From contig JAXLSU010000006.1 of NCBI GenBank assembly GCA_046330455.1, forward strand, positions 73,601 to 137,600: DNA of 64,000 nt, written 5' to 3'. The notes under the pieces were generated by a model. It was not told the DNA's origin. It made no database searches and saw nothing but the letters and a program-made list of their open reading frames with translations. Shown one piece after another: positions 8,882-18,074 of this stretch (the first letter of the stretch is position 1; each line of letters begins with the position of its first letter). A program made the translations under genes and the position numbers. The DNA is from Gaiellales bacterium (GTDB taxonomy: Bacteria > Actinomycetota > Thermoleophilia > Gaiellales > Gaiellaceae).

Positions 8882-10342
8882 CTACGCGAGCTCCAGGTCC
8901 TGGCCCCAGATCGTGTAGTTCTCGACCATGTCGGGGTTCTGGTCCTTCCACTTCTGCGTCACCTGGGCCGCGACCGCCCCCGAGTCGGCCCCCTGGAGCT
9001 TCCCGCTCAGGATGTCCTGGGAGATGACGAACATCGCGTCGGTCCAGAAGAGGGAGGGCATCATGTCGGCCACGTACACGTTGTGAGGGCCGGCCCACCA
9101 CGTCTGGTACACGCTCGCCAGGAACGGGTCGTCGATCAGCGAGGCATCGAAGATCTCGCTTGCCGGCAGCGCCTTCGAGGTCGTCCACATCGCGTTGACG
9201 CGGTCTGGCGACTGCATGTACTCGAGGAACGCGGCGGCCGAGGCGGGGTTCTTCGCCTCCGTCGGGATGCAGAACCCCTGCGTGTCCGTGATCGGGATTC
9301 CCGCCATCGAGCCGGTGCCGTACACGGGCATCACCATGTAGCCGAGCTTCTCGCCGAGGACCGTCTGGGCGTTCGGGAGCGCCGCGGTCGTGTTCAGCGT
9401 CATCGCGGCCTTGCCCGTCTCCATCAGCTGGGTGCCCTGGTAGAGGTCGAGCGAGCTGATGTCGTCGTTCAGGAAGCCGTTGTCCCGTAGCTCCTGGAGC
9501 TTGACCCACTGCTCGTGGTACTGGGGGTCCTCCCAGGAGAGGTTGCCGATGAACAGGTTCAGCGCGTCGGCGGGGCTGTTCAGCGCCTGGGTGAGCGTGT
9601 TGACGAAGTACCACTCGCCGAAGAACCCGTCGGAGATCCCGCCCGAGAACGGGATCACGCCCGAGGTCTTCAGCTTGTCGCACGCGTCGAGGAAGGCGTC
9701 CCAGGTCGTCGGCGGGCTGTCGCCGTCGAGGCCCGCCTTGTCGAACAGCTCCTTGTTGTACTCGATGCCGAAGCCGACGATGTAGAAGCCGACGCGGTAC
9801 TGCTTCCCGTCGAAGATCGACAGGGCCGTCGCACCGGACGTCGCGAGGACGTCGTCCGGGATCAGGCCGTTCAGCGGCTGGATGTAGCCGAGCCACACGT
9901 TCTCCATGTGGTAGATGCCGTTGAACACGAACTGCACGTCGGCCGGCTCGCCTGCGGCGGCTGCCTGCGTGAACTGCGGGATCACCTGGGCGGTGTCCAT
10001 GAGCAGCGGGTCGACGGTCGTGCCGGTCTCCTCGGTGAAGTCGGCGATCGTCTCGTCCATCCACGCCTGGATCCCGATCGCCTCCTGCTCGCCCCACCAC
10101 CAGAGCGAGATCTCGCCGCCGGTCGGAGCGGCAGGCGTCGTCTCGACAGCTGCGCCGGTATCGACGGCCGCTCCCGTGTCGGCAGGGGTGGTCTCGGCCG
10201 GCGTCTCGGCCGTCGTGGCGCTCTCGTCGCCCCCGCCGCCGCAGGCGGCCAGGATGGGTGCCAGGCCCGCTGCTGCGAGGCCGCCGCCGGTGAGCTTCAG
10301 GAATCGTCGTCGCGTCAACATGTGCCTCGTGAGCTCGTCCAT
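8882..10342 (-). CDS. ABC transporter extracellular solute-binding lipoprotein (family 1, sugar type)
   Basis: Tat-like RRRFLK motif plus a lipobox (LAACGGGG) and a low-complexity linker. AAGGAGGAAGAGGAGG lies upstream of ATG 10342. Confidence 0.85.
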   Translation of the reverse strand: MDELTRHMLTRRRFLKLTGGGLAAAGLAPILAACGGGGDESATTAETPAETTPADTGAAVDTGAAVETTPAAPTGGEISLWWWGEQEAIGIQAWMDETIADFTEETGTTVDPLLMDTAQVIPQFTQAAAAGEPADVQFVFNGIYHMENVWLGYIQPLNGLIPDDVLATSGATALSIFDGKQYRVGFYIVGFGIEYNKELFDKAGLDGDSPPTTWDAFLDACDKLKTSGVIPFSGGISDGFFGEWYFVNTLTQALNSPADALNLFIGNLSWEDPQYHEQWVKLQELRDNGFLNDDISSLDLYQGTQLMETGKAAMTLNTTAALPNAQTVLGEKLGYMVMPVYGTGSMAGIPITDTQGFCIPTEAKNPASAAAFLEYMQSPDRVNAMWTTSKALPASEIFDASLIDDPFLASVYQTWWAGPHNVYVADMMPSLFWTDAMFVISQDILSGKLQGADSGAVAAQVTQKWKDQNPDMVENYTIWGQDLELA

Positions 10343-10406
10343 GTCCTCCTCTTCCTCCTTGTTGCTGGTCTGAACTGATTAGACGTCGTGGGGTCCGGCT
10401 GGTTGG

Positions 10407-11201
10407 TCAGCCGGCGTGCTCGAGGGTCTCGAGGATGTACCAGTTCGCGGTCAGCCCGCAGTCCACGGTCAGATCGATCCCGGTGACGGCCGACGCGTCG
10501 TCCGAGGCGAGGTAGGCGCAGGCGGCCGCGATCTCGCCGGGCTTCACGAGCCGGCGCATCGGCACGCGGTCGAAGCGGTTGGCCAGGTAGTCCATGAGCT
10601 CGGGCGGGACGGCCTCCTCGGTCATGTCGGTGTGCGTGAACCCCGGGCTCACGCAGTTGACGCGGATCCCGTGCGTGGCGAGTTCCATCGCCATCGTCCG
10701 GTTGAGCCCGAGCAGGCCCGCCTTCGAGGCGTTGTAGCTCGCGTACGGCCCGTCTCCTCCCGACGCGTCGATCGAGGCGATGTGGAGGATCACGCCGCCG
10801 CCCGCCTTCGCCATCTCGCGGGCGACCAGCTGCGAGAGGACGAACGGCGCGCGGAGGTTCGTCGCCACGACCTCGTCCCACTGCTCGCGCGGGAGCTCGA
10901 GGAACGGGGTCTCGTACCCGATGCCCGCGTTGTTCACGAGCACGTCGAGGCGCGGCCAACGCCCCCTCGCCGCCGTCACGATCGACTCGAGATCGGCGTC
11001 GCGGGTCAGATCGGCCTCGTGGCCGAAGGCCCTTCCCCCGGCTGCCGTGACGGCGCCGACGGTTGCCTCGATCGTGCCGGGATTGCGCCCGACCACCATG
11101 ACGTCGGCCCCCTCGGCGGCGAAACGCTCGACGATCGCCCGCCCGATCCCCCGGTTGCCCCCCGTGACGATCGCGGTCTTGCCCTCGAACCTGCTGCTCA
11201 T
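10407..11201 (-). CDS. SDR family oxidoreductase
   Basis: TGGNRGIG Rossmann motif, NNAG, and YxxxK (YNASKAG). AGGAGGAGGA lies upstream of the ATG. Confidence 0.85.
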   Translation of the reverse strand: MSSRFEGKTAIVTGGNRGIGRAIVERFAAEGADVMVVGRNPGTIEATVGAVTAAGGRAFGHEADLTRDADLESIVTAARGRWPRLDVLVNNAGIGYETPFLELPREQWDEVVATNLRAPFVLSQLVAREMAKAGGGVILHIASIDASGGDGPYASYNASKAGLLGLNRTMAMELATHGIRVNCVSPGFTHTDMTEEAVPPELMDYLANRFDRVPMRRLVKPGEIAAACAYLASDDASAVTGIDLTVDCGLTANWYILETLEHAG

Positions 11202-11223
11202 CCTCCTCCTTTCCTGCCCGTCG

Positions 11224-11940
11224 CTAGTCCATCACGAAGCCGCCGTTGACATCGACGATCTCGCCGGTGACGAAGCTCGCGTGCGCCGAGCAGAGGAACG
11301 CGACGACGTCGGCGACCTCCTGCGGACGGCCGTAGCGCTTCAGCGGGATCCGGTCTCGTAGGTCGTCGATGCCGGCGATCATCTCCGTGTCGATGAGCGC
11401 GGGCGCCACCGCGTTGGCGAGAACGCCGTGCGCGGCGTACTCCTTCGCGATCGACTTCGCGAACGTCATCAGCCCGGCCTTCGAGGCCGAGTACGCGGCC
11501 GCGGCCGTGCCTCCGCCGGTCTTGCCGGCGCTCGAGCCGACGACGACCACCCTGCCGAACCCCGCCTCCCGCATCCCGGGCAGCACGCGGCGCGCACACA
11601 GGTAGGCGCCCGTCAGGTTCACGTCGACGAGCCGGCGCCAGGCGTCGGGCCCGGTCTGCTCGAGCGGCTCGGCGATCAGGATCGCAGCGTTCAGCACGAG
11701 CAGCTCGACCGCTCCGAGACGCTCCTCGATCGCCGTCACCGCGGCATCGACCGCGGCTTCGCTCGCCACGTCGGCCTGCAGCCCGAGCACGCCCGTGACG
11801 GCCGGCGCCTCGAGGTCGCACGAGGCGACCTGCGCTCCCAGGTCACGGAGGGTCTCGGCGATGCAGCGGCCGATTCCCCTCGCCCCGCCGGTGACGAACG
11901 CGACCCGGCCGTCGACCCCGTCGAGCTGCATCGGGCTCAT
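11224..11940 (-). CDS. SDR family oxidoreductase (FabG-like)
   Basis: ATG 11940 overlaps the upstream stop (ATGA). Motifs are VTGGARGIG, NAA and YSASKAG. The longer listed ORF extends into the upstream gene in another frame. Confidence 0.85.
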   Translation of the reverse strand: MSPMQLDGVDGRVAFVTGGARGIGRCIAETLRDLGAQVASCDLEAPAVTGVLGLQADVASEAAVDAAVTAIEERLGAVELLVLNAAILIAEPLEQTGPDAWRRLVDVNLTGAYLCARRVLPGMREAGFGRVVVVGSSAGKTGGGTAAAAYSASKAGLMTFAKSIAKEYAAHGVLANAVAPALIDTEMIAGIDDLRDRIPLKRYGRPQEVADVVAFLCSAHASFVTGEIVDVNGGFVMD

Positions 11941-13070
11941 TTCCTGCCTTCGATGGAGATCCGGTGGGCGGCGATGTAGTCGCCGTCGAGCTCCCACCCG
12001 AGCCCCGGCGCATCCGAGAGCTCGAGGGTGCCGTCGACGAGCGCGGGTCGGTTGGCGACGAGGTTCCACCAGACCGGGTCGCGATCGGGATGGAAGCACT
12101 CGAGCACGGTCCCGTGCGGGATCGACGCGAGCAGGTGGGCGGCGACCTGCGGCTCCTCGTGGTGACCCATCCGCACGTCGTAGGCGTGCGCGATCGCCGC
12201 GGCCCTGCGCCACTCGGTGGGGCCGCCCGACCAGGACGCGTCGAAGTTGCAGATGTCGACCGCGCCGGTCTCCATGAGGTCGCGGCACCCGGCGGCGCTG
12301 AGCTCGCTCTGCCCGGCGCAGATGCGCACCGGCGCTCCGAACCGCACGTCGCGGAGCGCACGGCGATCGTTCGCCCAGCGGACGGGCTCCTCGAACCAGG
12401 CGAGATCGCAGTCGGCGACGAGTCGCGCGAACCGGATCGCCTCGTCGACCGTGTAGCCCTGGTTCGCGTCCGCGGCCAGGAGGAAGTCCGGTCCCGCGGC
12501 CGACCGCGCTTCGCGGAAGCGGGCCGCGTCCTCCTCGGGTGAGCGCCCGCCGACCTTGAACTTCAGCCCACCGAGCCCCAGCTCGCGGAGCCCGGCGATC
12601 TCGTCGGCAATGGACGTCTCCATCCCGTAGTAGCCGCCGATCGCGATCATGGGGAGCGAGCGCCGGTAGCCGCCCCAGAGCCGCCAGAGAGGCTGGCCGA
12701 GCGTCTTTCCGACCGCGTCCCAGATCGCGGTGTCCACGCAGGCACAGGCGACGAGCCCGAGCCGCCGGTCGCGGAGGATGTCGTTGGTCGCGGGGCGGGC
12801 GAGCTCCCAGCAGCGCTCGACGGCCAGCGCGTCCTCATCGATGAGCCGGGGCGCGATCTCGCCGTGGATGATCCGCTCGATCTCGCGCAGGCCGGCGTCC
12901 TCGTCACCTGCGTAGGCCTCGCCGACGATCCCGCCGTCCGTGTGCACGCGGGTCACGATTGTCGAGCGGTGCGTCATCTGGTAGCCGCTTCCGCGGTAGA
13001 TGCGGGCGAGCGGGACCCGGATCGGGATCGTCTCGATCCGCCGGATCGTGAGGCTCGATCCTGCAGGCAC
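11937..13070 (-). CDS. enolase-superfamily enzyme (mandelate racemase / muconate lactonizing enzyme family, dehydratase-like)
   Basis: …IVGEAYAGDE…DTAIWDAVGK…LKFKVGG…AADANQGY…WFEEP…FD… are typical MR/MLE capping and barrel motifs. Confidence 0.85.
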   Translation of the reverse strand: MPAGSSLTIRRIETIPIRVPLARIYRGSGYQMTHRSTIVTRVHTDGGIVGEAYAGDEDAGLREIERIIHGEIAPRLIDEDALAVERCWELARPATNDILRDRRLGLVACACVDTAIWDAVGKTLGQPLWRLWGGYRRSLPMIAIGGYYGMETSIADEIAGLRELGLGGLKFKVGGRSPEEDAARFREARSAAGPDFLLAADANQGYTVDEAIRFARLVADCDLAWFEEPVRWANDRRALRDVRFGAPVRICAGQSELSAAGCRDLMETGAVDICNFDASWSGGPTEWRRAAAIAHAYDVRMGHHEEPQVAAHLLASIPHGTVLECFHPDRDPVWWNLVANRPALVDGTLELSDAPGLGWELDGDYIAAHRISIEGRK

Positions 13071-13084
13071 GCCGGCGCTCGTCG

Positions 13085-13543
13085 TCAGCGCGGAGTCGGA
13101 GGCTGGAACAGCTCGATGATGATCCCGTCGGGATCGCGCAGGTACAGGGCGAGCCCGCCGGCGTTGGCGCCCGTGTCGACCTCGACGGGAGGCGTGAAGA
13201 ACGAGCCGGCTCCGGCAGCCCGCAGCCGCTCGTACAGAGCGGGCAGGTCGGCGACGACCAGGCAGACGTGCGTCGGCCCGATCTGCCTCGGCTCGACCTC
13301 GTGGGGCTCGCCCGGCGGATTGACGTACTCGAAGAGCTCGAGCCGGTGCCCCGCTCCGGAAAGCGCGAGGTGGGCCATCTTCACGTGCGCGTCGGGGTAG
13401 CCGACGATCTCGGCGAGATAGCCGCCCTGCTTCTCCTGGCGCATCACGACCTCGAACCCGAGCAGCCCTTCGTAGAACGTGAGCGAGCGCTCGAGGTCGG
13501 AGACCGTGAAGCCCGTGTGGTGGAGCGTCGTGACGTCAGCCAC
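13085..13543 (-). CDS. VOC (glyoxalase/bleomycin-resistance/dioxygenase) family protein
   Basis: LHHTGFTVSDLERSLTFYEGLLGFEV…HVCLVVADL…YLRDPDGIIIEL is the paired beta-alpha-beta-beta-beta module signature. Confidence 0.8.
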   Translation of the reverse strand: MADVTTLHHTGFTVSDLERSLTFYEGLLGFEVVMRQEKQGGYLAEIVGYPDAHVKMAHLALSGAGHRLELFEYVNPPGEPHEVEPRQIGPTHVCLVVADLPALYERLRAAGAGSFFTPPVEVDTGANAGGLALYLRDPDGIIIELFQPPTPR

Positions 13544-14693
13544 GCGCGACCCCGAAGGCGTCTCGAAGCTCGACCCCGCCCGACGGGGTGACGACGAAGA
13601 TGTTCTCGACGCGGGCGCCGAAGCGGCCCGGGAAGTAGACGCCCGGCTCGACCGCGATCGCCATCCAGGTTTCGAGCGGCGTCTCGTCGGAGGGGATCAG
13701 GTGCGGGTCCTCGAACGACGTCAGCCCGGCGGCATGGCCCCCGTGATGGGGAAACTCGCCGCCCGGGAACGTATCGGCGATCCGGGCAGCCATGGCCTGG
13801 AAGATCGCGGCACCCGTCGCGCCAGGCACGAGCTCCTGCCTTGCCTGCTCGAGGATCTCGAGCAGCCCGGCCCGCGCGGCCGCTGCCTCGGGGTTCGAGC
13901 CGACGACGTGCGTCTCGGCCGTGTCGCCCCAGTACCCGTTCGCCCGGACGACGACGTCGGCGATCACCGGCTCACCCGGAGCCACGCGGCGGGTGCCTGC
14001 GATCCGGATCGGGCAGCACACCTCTGCGGTGGCCTCGCCGGCGAGGAGGTCGGCGAGGAACTCGATCGGCTCGCCGTGGGCGATCTGGGCGGTCGCCAGC
14101 GCGGCGGTGAACATCTCGATCTCGGACGCACCGTCCGCGGCCGCCTCGGCGACGGCGCGCTGGCCGAGCCAGCAGAGCTCGTAGGCGTGGAGCATCCGGG
14201 CGAGCTCGTCCTCGTCCTTGCGCAGCCGCAGGTGGACGAGCTGGGCCGCGGCCGGCACGAGCGCCGCGCCCACGCGCGAGGCGAAGAGGCCCTCCATCCC
14301 GCCGAGGCCGTCCGCGAAACCGGCGCGGGTGGCGCCCGCGAGCGCCGGGATCGATGCGACCACCTCGGCGAGCAGCGGCGCCGGGCTCAGCTCGATCCCG
14401 AAGCCGCGCACGCCGAACCCGAGGACCGCGTCCGCCTGACCGAGCGACTCTGCCACCGACACCTCATCGCGCATGACGACGAGCGTCCGCTCACCGTCGC
14501 GGTCGACGACGACGCCGGACGGCCCCCCGTAGTAGCGCGAGTAGCCGGTGAGGTAGTTCACCTCGTCGGGCCCGAACGCGACGAGGCAGTCGAGGTCTTC
14601 CGTATCCAGCCAGGCCCGGAGGCGCTCGAGCCGGTGGGGTAGCCGCTCGCCGGTGATGCGGTCGCCGATGGACGGGGTGCTGACCTGGCTCAT
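13536..14693 (-). CDS. M24 family metallopeptidase (Xaa-Pro dipeptidase / creatinase-like)
   Basis: ATG 14693 (MSQVSTPS…). It has a creatinase-like N-domain and the pita-bread metal ligands (…IADVVVRANGYWGDTAET…HHGGHAAG…AVEPGVY…ARVENIFVV). The other 438 codons of the listed 824-aa ORF are antisense to real genes. Confidence 0.8.
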   Translation of the reverse strand: MSQVSTPSIGDRITGERLPHRLERLRAWLDTEDLDCLVAFGPDEVNYLTGYSRYYGGPSGVVVDRDGERTLVVMRDEVSVAESLGQADAVLGFGVRGFGIELSPAPLLAEVVASIPALAGATRAGFADGLGGMEGLFASRVGAALVPAAAQLVHLRLRKDEDELARMLHAYELCWLGQRAVAEAAADGASEIEMFTAALATAQIAHGEPIEFLADLLAGEATAEVCCPIRIAGTRRVAPGEPVIADVVVRANGYWGDTAETHVVGSNPEAAAARAGLLEILEQARQELVPGATGAAIFQAMAARIADTFPGGEFPHHGGHAAGLTSFEDPHLIPSDETPLETWMAIAVEPGVYFPGRFGARVENIFVVTPSGGVELRDAFGVARG

Positions 14694-14724
14694 CGTCTCT
14701 ACTTCCTCCGGTCGTCGGGTTCGC

Positions 14725-14736
14725 GCAAAGGTTTGC
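14725..14736. promoter_or_regulatory. candidate LacI-family operator half-palindrome GCAAAGGTTTGC
   Basis: Arms GCAAA/TTTGC lie in the divergent intergenic region, 32 nt upstream of the M24 operon start. Confidence 0.3.
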
Positions 14737-14806
14737 CTTCCGCGAGCGCGACTATGCCCCATCGACAGCGGGGCGTCAAGTCGGGAAAACGATTGTTTCC
14801 ACGTAC

Positions 14807-14836
14807 TTGACCGATGCGGCCGGGCAGTCCTACAAT
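14807..14836 (+). promoter_or_regulatory. sigma-70-type promoter TTGACC-18 nt-TACAAT for the SDR/ABC operon
   Basis: TTGACC sits at 14807-14812 and TACAAT at 14831-14836, 41 nt upstream of ATG 14877, which has its own GGGAGG RBS. Confidence 0.45.
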
Positions 14837-14842
14837 CGCGAG

Positions 14843-14854
14843 GCAAGCGTTTGC
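14843..14854. promoter_or_regulatory. candidate LacI-family operator GCAAGCGTTTGC (central CG)
   Basis: A near-palindrome of the TGnAAnCGnTTnCA type sits 7 nt downstream of the TACAAT box, at the predicted transcription start. Confidence 0.4.
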
Positions 14855-14876
14855 TCTGGCTAGCCGGGAGGACAGG

Positions 14877-15644
14877 ATGGGAGTGCTCGACGGCCGAGTG
14901 GCCATCGTGACAGGCGCAGGCACCGGACTGGGCCGGGGGATCGCCGAGGAGCTCGCGCGGGCGGGCGCCGCGATCGCGGTCGCGGAGATCGATGCCGCGT
15001 CCGGCGAGCAGGCTGCGGTCGAGCTCGCGGCGATCGGGGTCGACGCCCGCGCCTACCCGACCGACGTCGCGAAGGGCGACCAGGTCGACGCGACCTTCGA
15101 GGCCGTGGTGCGCGACCTCGGCCGGGTCGACATCGTCGTCAACAACGCCGGGATCAGCCGGGTCGGTCCGCACACCCAGGACGTCACCGACGAGGACTGG
15201 CACGACTCGATCGCGGTCATGCAGACCGGCGTCTTCTTCTGCATGCGGGCGGCCGGGCGGCACATGCTGCCGCGGAAGACGGGGTCGGTCGTGAACATCT
15301 CGTCGATCCGGGGTTTCTCGCCGAACCCCGGCCGGATGACCTACTGCGCTCCGAAGGCGGCGGTGATCATGATGACGAAGATCGCCGCCGGCGAGTGGGC
15401 GCCCCACGGCGTCCGCGTGAACGCGATCGCGCCCGGCGTCCTGCGGACCCCGATGTGGGACGCCGACGTCGCGCGCGGCGCGATCGACGAGCAGTTCTAC
15501 CTCGACATCGTGCCGGCACACCGCCTCGGCACTCCGGCCGAGGTGGGGAAGCTCGCCGTGTACCTGAGCTCCGATGACGCGGCCTACGTGACGGGCGCCG
15601 TCTTCACGATCGACGGCGCGCTCACGTCGATTCCTGCTGGATGA
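14877..15644 (+). CDS. SDR family oxidoreductase
   Basis: GGGAGGACAGGATG start context. Motifs are VTGAGTGLG, NNAG and YCAPKAA. Confidence 0.85.
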   Translation: MGVLDGRVAIVTGAGTGLGRGIAEELARAGAAIAVAEIDAASGEQAAVELAAIGVDARAYPTDVAKGDQVDATFEAVVRDLGRVDIVVNNAGISRVGPHTQDVTDEDWHDSIAVMQTGVFFCMRAAGRHMLPRKTGSVVNISSIRGFSPNPGRMTYCAPKAAVIMMTKIAAGEWAPHGVRVNAIAPGVLRTPMWDADVARGAIDEQFYLDIVPAHRLGTPAEVGKLAVYLSSDDAAYVTGAVFTIDGALTSIPAG

Positions 15645-15672
15645 CCGAACGACGGGAAGAAAGGGAGAGCTA

Positions 15673-17136
15673 ATGGGACGTTCGAAGCGACACCTCCGCT
15701 GGTGGGTCGGGCTTACCTGCATCGTCGCGCTCGCCCTCGTCGCCGCCGGCTGCGGCGGCGGGGAGGAGCCTGCGACCACGGCCGCGCCGGCGACGACGGA
15801 GGCACCCGCCGACACCGGCGCTCCGGCGGAGACCGGCGCGCCCGCCGAGACCGAGCCGGCCGGAAGCGGGCTGGGAAGCGAGTTCGACGTCGCCTCGGCC
15901 GGCGACGTGACGCTCAAGCTGTGGTGGCTCGGCGATCTCGAGGCGCCCGGCATCGAGGCGTGGATGGACGAGATGGTGCAGGCATTCCAGGCCGAGTACC
16001 CGAACGTCACCGTCGAGCCGACGCTCTACGAGACCGGGACGTGGATCCAGACCCAGCAGACCGCCTGCCAGTCGAGCAGCGGTCCTGACCTCTGGTACAA
16101 CTGGAGCGGCACCTGGTCGCTCGAGCCCGCGTGGAAGGGCTGCACCGTTCCGAACGAGACGATCGTGGCGCCGGCCGACCTCGAGGCCAACCCGAACGTC
16201 GCCGAGACGCTCTACGAGGGCCAGACCTGGCTGTTCCCGCTCTACAAGTTCGTCTACCCGATCGTCGTCAATCTCGACCTGATCGAGCAGGCAGGGCTCG
16301 ACCCGAACGCCCCGCCGACGACCTGGGACGACTGGATGGCGGCTCTCGAGCAGATCAAGGGCGCCGGGATCACGCCGATCGCGCTCGGGCTCAAGGACGG
16401 CTTCGGCGGCGAGATCGCCGCGGCGGGTCAGCTCGAGAAGCAGTGGGTCAACGATCCGGACGACATCAAGCAGCTCGTCATCGACGGCGACATGTCGACC
16501 GACCCGGGCTGGACGCAGTGGATCGACATGGCGTTCGAGCTCCAGCCGTACTTCAACGAGGACGCGAACTCGCTCGGCTTCGCCGAGGGGCTCGCGCTCT
16601 GGCAGGCGGGCAAGACCGCGATGGTGTTCGGGGCGCCCGGCGTCCAGTCGGTGATCAAGGCCGCCCAGGACGGCGGGATGAACGTCGGCCTCATGAAGAT
16701 GCCGGCGTTCGGCGACGGTGCCTGGGCCGACTCGCTCGTGAACACGGGCAACGGCTTCCAGGTCACCCAGTGGTCGGAGAACAAGGAGGTCGCGGGAGCC
16801 TTCATGGCGTACCTCCAGCGGCCGGAGAACCTCGAGGCGCTCTACCAGGCGACCGGGAACTTCCCGGCCTCCTCGAACTGGGATCCCTCGACCGTCACGA
16901 GCGTCACCGACCAGCAGATGCTCGGATGGCTGGACGAGAAGAACACGGCGTGGTGGGCCGCGAACTACACGCCCGTCGATCTCGACGTGAACGGCACGTT
17001 CGTCGTCTTCCAGAAGATGATGGCCGGGGAGATCGACGCCGCCGGGGCGGCGCAGCTCTACCAGGACGTGATCACGAAGTGGCGTGAGGCCAACCCCGAC
17101 GCGGTCGCGAACTTCCAGTCGTGGCTGGGCTCCTGA
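15673..17136 (+). CDS. ABC transporter solute-binding lipoprotein (family 1, sugar type)
   Basis: Signal peptide plus lipobox (LVAAGCGGG) and a PAxT-rich linker. It resembles the 8882-10342 protein in architecture. Confidence 0.85.
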   Translation: MGRSKRHLRWWVGLTCIVALALVAAGCGGGEEPATTAAPATTEAPADTGAPAETGAPAETEPAGSGLGSEFDVASAGDVTLKLWWLGDLEAPGIEAWMDEMVQAFQAEYPNVTVEPTLYETGTWIQTQQTACQSSSGPDLWYNWSGTWSLEPAWKGCTVPNETIVAPADLEANPNVAETLYEGQTWLFPLYKFVYPIVVNLDLIEQAGLDPNAPPTTWDDWMAALEQIKGAGITPIALGLKDGFGGEIAAAGQLEKQWVNDPDDIKQLVIDGDMSTDPGWTQWIDMAFELQPYFNEDANSLGFAEGLALWQAGKTAMVFGAPGVQSVIKAAQDGGMNVGLMKMPAFGDGAWADSLVNTGNGFQVTQWSENKEVAGAFMAYLQRPENLEALYQATGNFPASSNWDPSTVTSVTDQQMLGWLDEKNTAWWAANYTPVDLDVNGTFVVFQKMMAGEIDAAGAAQLYQDVITKWREANPDAVANFQSWLGS

Positions 17137-17162
17137 GCCTCTGACCGACCTCCCCCGGGGGC

Positions 17163-18074
17163 GTGGCCGGCACGGCGCCGGCCACGTCCCTCCCCCCGAT
17201 GCGCCGGCACCTGACCCCGTGGCTCTTCGCGATCCCGATGATCGTCCTGGTCGGGTTCGTCTTCCTCTACCCGATCGTCGGGGTCTTTCGCTACAGCTTC
17301 CAGCGGGTCGGGTCGGCCTACATCCCGAGCGAGTCGGTCGGCTTCGACAACTACCGCTACATCTACAAGGACTCGCTGTTCTGGGACGCGCTCCAGAACA
17401 ACGCCCAGCTCCTGCTCTGCGTCCCGATCCTGATCGGCCTCGCGGCGATCATCTCGGCCCTGCTCTTCGATCGCGTCAGGGGCTGGAAGACCTACCGGAC
17501 GCTGCTCTTCATCCCCTACATCATCTCGATCCCGGTCGTCGGGATCGTGTTCGGCTACGTGTTCCAGCTGAACGGCCTGCTCAACTCGGCCCTCGAGACG
17601 GTCGGGCTCGGAGGGGTCGCCCAGGACTGGCTCGGCTCCTCGTCACGGGCGATGTGGTCGATCATGGCGGTGATCGTCTGGAAGGAGCTCGGGTTCGGGA
17701 TCATCGTCTTCCTCGCCCGGCTGATGAGCGTGAACGAGGAGGTCTTCGAGGCCGCTCGGGTCGACGGCGCCGGGTGGTGGCAGACGTTCCGCCACGTCAC
17801 CGTGCCGCAGCTTCTGCCCGCGATCGTGTTCTTCGGGATCGTCGAGACGATCACGATGCTCTCGTGGGTCTTCGCCTACATCTACGTGATGACCGCGGGC
17901 GGCCCGGGGAACTCGACGGTCGTCAGCGAGTGGTACATCTACCAGCAGGTCTTCTCGAACAGCGCGATCGGGATCGGGTCGGCGGCCGCGGTGACCCTGC
18001 TCGCCTTCGTGAGCCTCCTGATCGCCGTGCGGCTCTGGGCGAGCAGGCGCTACGACGATCTCGCGTATGCCTGA
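17163..18074 (+). CDS. carbohydrate ABC transporter permease (MalF/UgpA-like)
   Basis: …FEAARVDGAGWWQTFRHVTVPQL…. Start is GTG 17163, or alternatively ATG 17199. Confidence 0.8.
   Translation: MAGTAPATSLPPMRRHLTPWLFAIPMIVLVGFVFLYPIVGVFRYSFQRVGSAYIPSESVGFDNYRYIYKDSLFWDALQNNAQLLLCVPILIGLAAIISALLFDRVRGWKTYRTLLFIPYIISIPVVGIVFGYVFQLNGLLNSALETVGLGGVAQDWLGSSSRAMWSIMAVIVWKELGFGIIVFLARLMSVNEEVFEAARVDGAGWWQTFRHVTVPQLLPAIVFFGIVETITMLSWVFAYIYVMTAGGPGNSTVVSEWYIYQQVFSNSAIGIGSAAAVTLLAFVSLLIAVRLWASRRYDDLAYA

Noticed and set aside
14694-16010. N-terminal 438 codons of the 824-aa ORF containing the M24 peptidase.
   Set aside because: They run antisense through the SDR and solute-binding genes. ATG 14693 gives a normal-length M24 protein.
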